The notes below the pieces were generated by a model. That model made no database searches, had not been told where the DNA came from, and was given only the letters and a program-made list of their open reading frames with translations. DNA of 64,000 bases from a virus, in IMG/VR virus record IMGVR_UViG_3300023174_000100, positions 34,623 to 98,622 of that record, one strand, 5' to 3'. Below, piece by piece: positions 51,028 through 58,816 of the stretch (within the stretch, counting starts at the first letter, position 1; the number at the start of each line of letters is the position of its first letter). Position numbers and translations under genes: made by a program.

Positions 51028-51504
51028 ATGCACAATCTGCATTTAATTAGAACAAAAGCTGATTCTCATTCCGACGCTATTGGCATTGTTGAGGACTATC
51101 TATTTGATTGGGGTACAGAGAATAATTGGTTTACTATCATGGGTTCTCATTGCAAAGAAGACAAATCATTCTCTGAATCTTTTGATGAGAAATGGATAAC
51201 TAAGGATGAATTACTTAATGACCCAAATAGATTTAATTTTTTAACAGAGGTAAATGATTACTACAAGCAAGCATTCCTTAAGGTGTCTAATTTAGAGAAT
51301 ACTGAAATAGTTCATCCTTTTGATTGGAGATGTGCCGCTAATTATTGCAAAGAGCAATCTGAAATAGCAAGTCTTTCAGACCCTACTAAAGTTGATATAT
51401 GGTCAGATACTTTTTATGACGGAAGTATTGACGAACCTGGTATTTCTGAATTATACACTAATGGCAAATTTACTTTTGTTGTCTTAGTGAATATGCACTC
51501 GTAA
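51028..51504 (+). CDS. Hypothetical protein
   Basis: Start at MHNLHL after the leader. Confidence 0.7.
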   Translation: MHNLHLIRTKADSHSDAIGIVEDYLFDWGTENNWFTIMGSHCKEDKSFSESFDEKWITKDELLNDPNRFNFLTEVNDYYKQAFLKVSNLENTEIVHPFDWRCAANYCKEQSEIASLSDPTKVDIWSDTFYDGSIDEPGISELYTNGKFTFVVLVNMHS

Positions 51505-51816
51505 ATAAAAACCCTCCTGGTTAACTCCGGGAGGGTTTTTTCATGCCAGTGAATTTCGCTCGGGCAGGGCAAAGCCCTGCCCGAGTAATTTTTTGCAGGG
51601 GCGGATCTTAACATTTCCTTAACTAAAATAGGGAAAACATTAACACTCCCTTAACTACTAGGTATTGTTTTTATGCTTATCTTTGTGGTGTTGTTAAGAG
51701 AGAGAGTAATTAGAAAGGCAAAAAAATAATTTAAAAAAAGTTTGCCTTAAATTTGGAAAATAGAAAATTACTTTTTATTTTTGCATCAGATTATTAACCA
51801 CTTAAATACACAAGTT

Positions 51817-52524
51817 ATGCTTAAGCAAATTAATTTCAGATTAGGCGACGTTATCCACTGTATCGATATCAAGCCTAGTGCCACTCCGAAGCTCGCTAAA
51901 AAAGGCGAAATTATCTTACAAACTTATCATTTTTCTATTGACCAGATTAATGAAGGTAGCCTAAAAAATGACTCAAAGGTATGTTTTGATTGTAAGTTCT
52001 CTTATAATGCAAACGACGGAAAGTCAGGCGGTTGCTATACCCATGCGAACGGATCCCTAGCATGGGGATTGATTGCAAAATTAAAAGCCTTAAAAAAGCG
52101 TTTGGATAACGGATTAATTCCGGAAGGAGCTGAAGGCGTAATGGAACAAATTACGAGCGTTACAAAAAAGGTTAAAATATCCTTTGCTAGATTGGGAACG
52201 TATGGAGAGCCTACATTATTACCTTTTGAGTTGATAGAACAAATAAGGCCTTTGGTTGGTAAGGTTTCAGGCTATACTCACCAATGGCACAAACCAGAGA
52301 ATAAGCCTTATGCAAAATACTTAATGGCTAGTACGCATAATATCTTTGACGTAAAATTAGCCGAAGGCCTTGGATTCAGGTCTTACAATGCTAGTGAGGT
52401 TGAAGGTGCTATCCTTTGTCCATCAGCACCAACCATAGCAAAAGAAAAGCAAGTAAGCTGCGCTAAATGTGGATTGTGTGAAGGTGGAAAGAAAGCTAAG
52501 AATATTTACAATGTAATCCATTAA
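51817..52524 (+). CDS. Cys-rich putative Fe-S protein (Gp88-related), paralog of 47074
   Basis: CFDC...GGCY, RLGTYGEP, GYTHQW, CP...CAKCGLC. Confidence 0.65.
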   Translation: MLKQINFRLGDVIHCIDIKPSATPKLAKKGEIILQTYHFSIDQINEGSLKNDSKVCFDCKFSYNANDGKSGGCYTHANGSLAWGLIAKLKALKKRLDNGLIPEGAEGVMEQITSVTKKVKISFARLGTYGEPTLLPFELIEQIRPLVGKVSGYTHQWHKPENKPYAKYLMASTHNIFDVKLAEGLGFRSYNASEVEGAILCPSAPTIAKEKQVSCAKCGLCEGGKKAKNIYNVIH

Positions 52525-52610
52525 CATAACATTAACATAGGGGGGTATTTACTTTATCAAATATTCCCCCTACATTTGCATCAGATTATTAACCACTTAA
52601 ATTAAAAAAC

Positions 52611-53021
52611 ATGAAAAGGATTAAAGTTAGATTCTCTTTACAACGTGGAGAAAATTATATGAAATGGAGAGTGATTGGCAATAATGGAGTTGTCACATAT
52701 TACAATCCATGTGAAGTTCAATTAATCATGATGGGATGCACTTTAAAGAATAATAAGAAATTAGCTACTAAGATTTTTAATGGAGAAAGTACTAAGGTTG
52801 TATGTGCATGGATTTTATGTAATCATTTAGAGATTAGATATTCTGATTTTATTAAAGAGTCTGATTTTAAAATTAAGTACAATCCTAAAGTTGCTCCTAA
52901 TTGGACTTTTCTGGGGGAAGATATTGATAATAGGGATATTTCTCACATTGTTTCGGTTGACTATAAATTGTGTATTGATTCTATTCCTGACGGTATGGGA
53001 TTGGGGGAATATAAGAGTTAA
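52611..53021 (+). CDS. Hypothetical protein
   Basis: Promoter and leader. Confidence 0.7.
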   Translation: MKRIKVRFSLQRGENYMKWRVIGNNGVVTYYNPCEVQLIMMGCTLKNNKKLATKIFNGESTKVVCAWILCNHLEIRYSDFIKESDFKIKYNPKVAPNWTFLGEDIDNRDISHIVSVDYKLCIDSIPDGMGLGEYKS

Positions 53022-53126
53022 AAATCCCCGCGGAAAATTAACAAAACATTAACGATAAGGGTATTGCATAGTATATCCGATACCCTTATCTTTGCACTAT
53101 ATTTTAAACCACTAAATTTATTTATT

Positions 53127-53681
53127 ATGTTTGAACTAAAAGCCACCAAAGGCAATATTGATTTGTCTGTATTTAATTTGTCAACTTTGATTCAAGAGTC
53201 AAATCAGAATGTAAGAGATATAGACTCTCACAATCTAGAAGTTATTAAAAGATTCAAAGAACTTGTGCTTAGTTATTATGGTGAACTATCCAATGTTATG
53301 GATAAATTAGATTTACCTTATTTTGAAGTTAATGGTTACAACAATCTGTATGCTCATTTAGCTTGTGGAGGAGATTATGAAATCACTTTATATTCTAACG
53401 GGATTAGTGAATCTTTAATGTTTGGCCATGGTAGAGGATATATAAAAATCTATCTTGCCGCTCCTTTTGAAAGTTGTGGAAGAAAATTATCTTGCAATTT
53501 TACGGGAACTATTAGGATAGGCAAAAGATGGTTAGAGCATTCTTCTTATAAGGAATACCCCCTAGAATCTGTTTCTCAAATCATCGAACTAGGGCAAGAT
53601 GTAATCAAGCTCCATATCTTAGGTAGAGATATAAAGGACATCACAGAACTATTAATTCAAGAGAAAAAACTAATATACTAG
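53127..53681 (+). CDS. Hypothetical protein
   Basis: Start after the type C promoter. Confidence 0.7.
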   Translation: MFELKATKGNIDLSVFNLSTLIQESNQNVRDIDSHNLEVIKRFKELVLSYYGELSNVMDKLDLPYFEVNGYNNLYAHLACGGDYEITLYSNGISESLMFGHGRGYIKIYLAAPFESCGRKLSCNFTGTIRIGKRWLEHSSYKEYPLESVSQIIELGQDVIKLHILGRDIKDITELLIQEKKLIY

Positions 53682-53774
53682 TTTTAACAAAACATTAACG
53701 ATAAGGGTATTGCATAGTATATTCGATACCCTTATCTTTGCACTATAATTATTCACCACTTTAAATTTTAAATC

Positions 53775-54002
53775 ATGCAGCTAGACAATGAAATGTTAGA
53801 TAAGTTAGAATCTTGGTTTGAAACCTACAATCCTCATTGTATGATATACTCACCTTATATGGACGAAGAAGAAGAAGATAAAATGTTTGATGATTATAAT
53901 GAATTAATTGAATTATTGGAGAGAGCTAAAGCTGGCACTCTTACTAAAGATGATGAAGATGTAATAGCATTTCATATCGAGTGTATCGAAGAAGATTATT
54001 AA
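53775..54002 (+). CDS. Small acidic protein
   Basis: Type C promoter; E/D-rich. Confidence 0.7.
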   Translation: MQLDNEMLDKLESWFETYNPHCMIYSPYMDEEEEDKMFDDYNELIELLERAKAGTLTKDDEDVIAFHIECIEEDY

Positions 54003-54025
54003 TCACCACTTTAAATTATAAAATT

Positions 54026-54235
54026 ATGTTAGTAGAACTAAAAAATCTTACTAGAAAAGATTTAGTAATTACTTTAGAAGACTTACTTTCAGACGAGTTT
54101 GATTCATCAGAACTTGTGTACTTGACTGAAGAAGAACTTATTAGTGCTATAATTAATGCAGCTTTGTTTTATAAGAACGAGGCTAATTATATCCCATCTA
54201 GTGATGTATTTAATTCTTATGAAAAAAGGAAATAA
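54026..54235 (+). CDS. Small acidic protein
   Basis: CACCACTTTAAA leader. Confidence 0.65.
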   Translation: MLVELKNLTRKDLVITLEDLLSDEFDSSELVYLTEEELISAIINAALFYKNEANYIPSSDVFNSYEKRK

Positions 54236-54252
54236 TTAATAAGTAAATGATA

Positions 54253-54378
54253 AGTCAGGTGGCGGAAGGTAGACGCTAAAAAACTGTAATGAGGTTACGC
54301 TATCCTCACGTTAAATAAAAAAAGTATCAACGCGGTAGCGCGGTAGCCTTGCAGGTTCGAATCCTGCCCTGACTTCCA
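54253..54378 (+). ncRNA. tRNA-like RNA with unpaired anticodon region and a long extra arm
   Basis: AGTCAGG/CCTGACT acceptor plus TCCA, D-arm, GCAGG-TTCGAAT-CCTGC T-arm; CTGTAAT (Tyr-like) loop lacks a stem. Confidence 0.7.
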
Positions 54379-54402
54379 AAGGTTAATAAGTTTAAGTGGT
54401 TC

Positions 54403-54433
54403 GCTCCTGGCATTCTATGCCAGGAGTTTTTTT
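54403..54433 (+). terminator. Intrinsic terminator
   Basis: CTCCTGGCAT-TCT-ATGCCAGGAG plus T run. Confidence 0.85.
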
Positions 54434-54776
54434 GTTGCTAGTGAATTTCGCTCGGGCAAGGCAAAGCCTTGCCCGAGTAAATTTTCCAGGCCCCTCTTTC
54501 CAGCATGGCCAGTAATGTATGGGGATCCGGGTTTAACATTTTTTTAACATTTTCTTAGATCCTTTTAACATTTGAAATTAGGATAATAGGGAAATGGGGT
54601 GTATTTTTGCAATGTCAATTAGATGATAGGGAATAGATGAGATATAGTATGAGTTACATTTTACTGCATTTCATTTTAACATTTATTTAACATATATTTT
54701 TCATTCTATGATTATGATATTAGATAGAATGTTATTATCTTTGCGACATATTATTAACCATTTAAATTTTTAGATT

Positions 54777-55349
54777 ATGCCAAATTGGTGTTCAAATTGT
54801 ATCTCATTTGAAGGTACGGAAAAAGCTATGCAGACATTGAAAAAAGATGTTAGCATGATTAAGGATGGTCATTGCATGTTCACTGCATTGACGGACATTA
54901 AGAGTGAATGGAATTATGATGTATGGAATGCGGAGTTCGGTACTAAATGGAGTGTGATGATGGATGACGACATTAGGGATACAATGGAGCAACATGATTA
55001 TTTTAATTGTGAAACGGCTTGGAGTCCATGTATTGGATTTGTTCAAAAAGTATGTAAGAAGTACGGAGTAGAAGGACGGATTGAATATTCAGAGCCAGGG
55101 ATGGGCTTTGCAGGTATTATAGATATTGATGAAAATGGGGATGAATTGAGTATAGTTGAAATGTCTTATAGGGAATATCAATATAAGCATTTAGGTACTG
55201 ATGGTTTTTTTGAAGATTTTGTTATTGATGTTGAAGAGGGATTTATTGAAAGTGAAGAACAAATTAAGGAAGATTATTCTTATGTTGATGCTGAAGACAT
55301 GGAAGAAATGATTAGGATATATAGAGAGGGTAGCCCCGCGGAAAATTAA
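54777..55349 (+). CDS. DUF1281/YubB ferredoxin-like domain protein
   Basis: MPNWCSN, W...GTKW, ETAWSP, YSEPG. Confidence 0.75.
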   Translation: MPNWCSNCISFEGTEKAMQTLKKDVSMIKDGHCMFTALTDIKSEWNYDVWNAEFGTKWSVMMDDDIRDTMEQHDYFNCETAWSPCIGFVQKVCKKYGVEGRIEYSEPGMGFAGIIDIDENGDELSIVEMSYREYQYKHLGTDGFFEDFVIDVEEGFIESEEQIKEDYSYVDAEDMEEMIRIYREGSPAEN

Positions 55350-55434
55350 GAAATAATTAAAATAGGGGGGTATTGACTTTCTCAAATATCCCCCATATAT
55401 TTGCACTATATTATTCACCACATAAACTAAAAAA

Positions 55435-55923
55435 ATGAATAAGATTGAATTAAAGAGTGTTAAATTCTCTGAATGGAATTCACAAGAGACTTGTTGTTTC
55501 CAAGCAAATGTTTTCTTTAACGGAAAGAAAGTAGGGTACTGTAAAAATGATGGAATGGGGGGATATACCTACTGTTATTGTATAGGCGATAGAGAGTTGT
55601 ACGGCCAAATGGAGTCTTACTGTAAAACTCTTCCTGACAATGATAATTATGTAGGTAAGCCTAGCGTAGAGAATGTAGTAGATGAACTGTTCAATTCTTG
55701 GTTAAAAGACTATTATAAGAAAAAACGAGAAAAGGATTTTAGTAAGGGGTTATGTATTGGTACAGAAAACTTCTACAATTTGCTTGAAGTACTTGTAGGC
55801 GGTAAGCGTACAAAAATAGAAGACTTGTTAATGACTGAGCAAGGTTCTAATTACTTAAGAAACCTATGCAAGCAGAAGAGAGAAGAAGGTCTTAACATTC
55901 TAAATACCAACTTACCCTTTTAA
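55435..55923 (+). CDS. Hypothetical phage protein
   Basis: SQET.CF.A..NGKK.G..NDG.GG. Confidence 0.7.
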   Translation: MNKIELKSVKFSEWNSQETCCFQANVFFNGKKVGYCKNDGMGGYTYCYCIGDRELYGQMESYCKTLPDNDNYVGKPSVENVVDELFNSWLKDYYKKKREKDFSKGLCIGTENFYNLLEVLVGGKRTKIEDLLMTEQGSNYLRNLCKQKREEGLNILNTNLPF

Positions 55924-56007
55924 CAAAACATTAACGATAGGGGTATTGCATAGTATATCCGATACCCTTATCTTTGCACTATATTTATTCACCACTAAAC
56001 TAAAAAA

Positions 56008-56448
56008 ATGGACAACCAAAAAATTAAAATTGTTGATGGTTTTGTATGGTTATTGATTACCGACAAAGCTAAGGAAGTTTACCAGTCAGGTTTATTCGAT
56101 GGCTCTATCTACGCGCTATATGATGACGATGTAGAAACAGACTTTATAGAGACCTATGAAGAACTTATTGATGCATTAGAGAGAGGTCTTGAAATTGCAA
56201 TAGAAATCGGACGGTCTAGGAATACTGACGCAGTAGAAGATGCAAAAGAGGTATTGAGAGACCATGGTTACTTTGTTGATAACCTATGGCATATCCAGAA
56301 TGTTCAATTTAACTACATGGAGGCTAGCGATGAAGATGCTCAAAAGATTTTAAAAATGGCTCTTACCAACGAAGATATCACGGATCAAATCTCGTTAGCA
56401 ATTATTGATGCAATTGAGTTGTACTTCCAAGATGAGAACATCTTCTAG
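56008..56448 (+). CDS. Two-module fusion protein (A+B)
   Basis: N-half matches 56549; C-half matches 56816. Confidence 0.75.
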   Translation: MDNQKIKIVDGFVWLLITDKAKEVYQSGLFDGSIYALYDDDVETDFIETYEELIDALERGLEIAIEIGRSRNTDAVEDAKEVLRDHGYFVDNLWHIQNVQFNYMEASDEDAQKILKMALTNEDITDQISLAIIDAIELYFQDENIF

Positions 56449-56548
56449 GAATTCGGAGATTAACAAAACATTAACGATAGGGGTATTGCATAGTATATCC
56501 GATACCCTTATCTTTGCACTATATTTATTCACCACTAAACTAAAAAAA

Positions 56549-56788
56549 ATGGACAACCAAAAAATTAAAATTGTTGATGGTTTTGTATGGTTATTGATTA
56601 CCGATAAAGCTAAAGAAGTTTATCAGTCAGGTTTATTCGACGGCTCTATCTATGTACTAGATGACGACCTAAGCGAAGGACTATGCGAATCCTACGAAGA
56701 CCTTTTGAAAGCATTAGAGAATGGTTGTGACATAGCCTTAGAGGTTGGCTATATAACCGAAAGAGATGCTCGAATAATATTGTTTTGA
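56549..56788 (+). CDS. Module A stand-alone protein
   Basis: MDNQKIKIVDGFVWLL... start after the type C promoter. Confidence 0.7.
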   Translation: MDNQKIKIVDGFVWLLITDKAKEVYQSGLFDGSIYVLDDDLSEGLCESYEDLLKALENGCDIALEVGYITERDARIILF

Positions 56789-56815
56789 ATTAATCGCCAC
56801 TAAACTAAAAAAAAA

Positions 56816-57055
56816 ATGGACGCAGTAGAAGATGCAAAAAAGGTATTAAGAGACCATGGTTACTTTGTTGATAACCTATGGCACATTGAGGACGTACAAT
56901 CCTTACACAAGGGAGCAAGTGTGGAAGATGCTCATAGAATATTAAATGATGCTCTTACCAACGGAGCGACCATGGAGCAGATATGGTATTCAATTACCGA
57001 TGCTCTAGAAAATGAGGAAGGATATGTTCCCCTTTCCGACGAGGACGAAGATTAA
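56816..57055 (+). CDS. Module B stand-alone protein
   Basis: MDAVEDAKKVLRDHGYFVDNLWH. Confidence 0.7.
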   Translation: MDAVEDAKKVLRDHGYFVDNLWHIEDVQSLHKGASVEDAHRILNDALTNGATMEQIWYSITDALENEEGYVPLSDEDED

Positions 57056-57140
57056 CAAAACATTAACGATAAGGGTATTGCATAGTATATCCGATACCCT
57101 TATCTTTGCACTATATTTATTCACCACTAAACTAAAAAAA

Positions 57141-57434
57141 ATGAACATTGACAGAAGTTCTTATTTATTCAAGATTGTTTCCTATCATGTATCAAACATC
57201 TGTAATGAAATCATGAATGAGGACGATAAGACATCAGAAAAACTTGGAACAAAAGATGCTAAAGATGTCCTACTATTTACTCACATGATGGGTTCATTTG
57301 AGTCTATCATGGAAAATTTGGATGCATTGACATGTAAGATTGTAGAGAATGTTGACATGAATATTTTAGATGATTCCGATGAAGTATTGTATGACCATGT
57401 GTACACCGAATTTTTAAACAACTATAAAAAATAA
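57141..57434 (+). CDS. Hypothetical protein
   Basis: Start after the type C promoter. Confidence 0.65.
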   Translation: MNIDRSSYLFKIVSYHVSNICNEIMNEDDKTSEKLGTKDAKDVLLFTHMMGSFESIMENLDALTCKIVENVDMNILDDSDEVLYDHVYTEFLNNYKK

Positions 57435-57435
57435 T

Positions 57436-57636
57436 ATGAGAAATAATAAGGAATGGGTAGCTATCCTAAATGGCACAAGGATTGATTCTAATGGCTTTTA
57501 TTGTGGTGCCGCTTGTGTTACTGCCTACACTAAAAAAGAGGCCATACGATTGCTCTCTAAGGCTAAAATGCATTACTTCGGTACTTACAAGATTAGCAAG
57601 GAAGTTAGAAGGAATACAAACATCTACGCTAATTAA
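57436..57636 (+). CDS. Hypothetical protein
   Basis: Coupled ORF. Confidence 0.55.
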   Translation: MRNNKEWVAILNGTRIDSNGFYCGAACVTAYTKKEAIRLLSKAKMHYFGTYKISKEVRRNTNIYAN

Positions 57637-57718
57637 CAAAAAATTAACTATAGGGGTATTGTATAGTAGATCCGGTACCCCTATCTTTGTATCATATTAT
57701 TAACCACTAAACTAAAAG

Positions 57719-58345
57719 ATGAACGTATTAGAATTATTCGCAGGCAGTAAGTCTATTGGCAAAGCTGCTGCTCAATTAGACATGAACGTATTCTCTGTTG
57801 ATTGGGAAAACTTTGATGGTATTGATTTGCAGATAGACATTTCAAAACTAAAGAAAGAAGATGTTCCGTTTGTTCCAGATATTATTTGGGCATCTCCAGA
57901 TTGTACAACATACACTATTGCTGCTATATCTACTCACAGAAATGGCGTAGAGCCGAAGAGCAAGTACGCTAGCGAGTGCGACATCACTAATCAACATTTC
58001 ATATCATTGATAAAGGAATGGTTAGAGATTAATCCTAACATGGTTTTCTTCATAGAGAATCCAAGAGGCATGTTAAGAAAGATGCCATGGATGCAAGAAT
58101 TTAAAAGACATACAGTATGGTATTGCCAGTACGGAGACGACAGAGCGAAGCCTACAGATATATGGACTAATTCAGAAGATTGGGTTCCTAGACCAATATG
58201 TAAAAATGGTAATAAGAAATGTCACCATACCCCTGCTCCTAGAGGTTCAAAGACAGGAACTCAAGGAAGGAAGGGTTCTTATGAAAGAAGCAGAATTCCA
58301 GAAGAGTTGTGTCATGAAATTCTAACTTCTTGTAAAAAATATTAA
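57719..58345 (+). CDS. DNA cytosine-C5 methyltransferase (short phage type)
   Basis: LELFAG, WASPDC, IENP. Confidence 0.85.
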   Translation: MNVLELFAGSKSIGKAAAQLDMNVFSVDWENFDGIDLQIDISKLKKEDVPFVPDIIWASPDCTTYTIAAISTHRNGVEPKSKYASECDITNQHFISLIKEWLEINPNMVFFIENPRGMLRKMPWMQEFKRHTVWYCQYGDDRAKPTDIWTNSEDWVPRPICKNGNKKCHHTPAPRGSKTGTQGRKGSYERSRIPEELCHEILTSCKKY

Positions 58346-58373
58346 TTATTAGTCACCGCGAAAAACTTAAAAA

Positions 58374-58643
58374 ATGGCAATATTCAAGTATTTAGATGAT
58401 TTCTTACCAGGCAGAAATGTCAATGATTTTGTATTCACTATGTTAGACCCTATATCTAATGAAGAATTAACATGGTATATAGAAGATGTCTTAGATGAAA
58501 TAAATAGAGACAGGTCAGCTAAGTGGACTAACTACACAAAAGATGATTGGTACGATGGTTGGAATTCATGGTGTGAGGATGATGCTTATGTAATGCTCTC
58601 CATAGAAGACAAGGGAGACATAGTGCATAGACCGTTTTCTTAG
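58374..58643 (+). CDS. Hypothetical protein
   Basis: ORF with A-rich leader. Confidence 0.65.
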   Translation: MAIFKYLDDFLPGRNVNDFVFTMLDPISNEELTWYIEDVLDEINRDRSAKWTNYTKDDWYDGWNSWCEDDAYVMLSIEDKGDIVHRPFS

Positions 58644-58653
58644 TAAATAAAAT

Positions 58654-58688
58654 GGTCGGGGCAGGTTCAAATCCTGTCCTGACTACCA
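58654..58688 (+). ncRNA. 35-nt tRNA minihelix (acceptor stem, T-arm, ACCA)
   Basis: GGTCGGG-GCAGG-TTCAAAT-CCTGT-CCTGACT-ACCA. Confidence 0.6.
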
Positions 58689-58742
58689 ACAGCTTAAATG
58701 TTGTGCAAGAGTACCCGTTCTCTGAAGATAAACAAAGGGGTT

Positions 58743-58815
58743 AGTCAGGTGGTGAAATTGGTAACACCTCAGGGGTAATAGCTTGATAATATAGGTTCAA
58801 ATCCTATTCTGACCA
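58743..58815 (+). ncRNA. tRNA-like cloverleaf with non-canonical anticodon loop
   Basis: AGTCAGG/TCTGACC acceptor, GGTG/CACC D-stem, TCAGG-GGTAATAG-CTTGA arm, ATAGG-TTCAAAT-CCTAT T-arm. Confidence 0.65.
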
Positions 58816-58816
58816 C

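Larger units (their letters stand above)
45681..54490 (+). repeat. Cassette-boundary palindrome type B, 7 copies (45681, 46152, 46892, 48172, 49947, 51551, 54443)
   Basis: GAATTTCGCTCNGGCA(A/G)GGC-NNN-GCC(T/C)TGCC(T/C)GAGTAA(A)TTTT, usually followed by GCAGGGGCGGAT and TTAAC repeats. Confidence 0.95.
46512..57689 (+). promoter_or_regulatory. Repeated inverted-repeat promoter module (type C: 46512, 52521, 53039, 53684, 55920, 56460, 57052, 57633; GGGGAAT..ATTCCCC-like variants at 47800, 48845, 49595, 50951, 55363)
   Basis: TTAACAAAACATTAACGATAAGGGTATTGCATAGTATATCCGATACCCTTATCTTTGC: TTG and TATCTTTG boxes inside a 10-bp inverted repeat. Confidence 0.85.

Noticed and set aside
54253-54378. tmRNA or an intron-containing tRNA-Tyr
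   Set aside because: Too short for tmRNA, no G3-U70 alanine identity or tag ORF, and no group I intron core.
39472-54490. CRISPR array interpretation of the repeated palindromes
   Set aside because: Intervals are about 470-2900 bp and contain promoters and ORFs; no cas operon is present. The 8894 nuclease is a stand-alone replication-block PD-(D/E)XK enzyme.
53064-57140. Shared N-terminal peptide LHSISDTLIFALY in ORFs 53064, 56405 and 57012
   Set aside because: It is the translated type C promoter repeat; the real starts are downstream.
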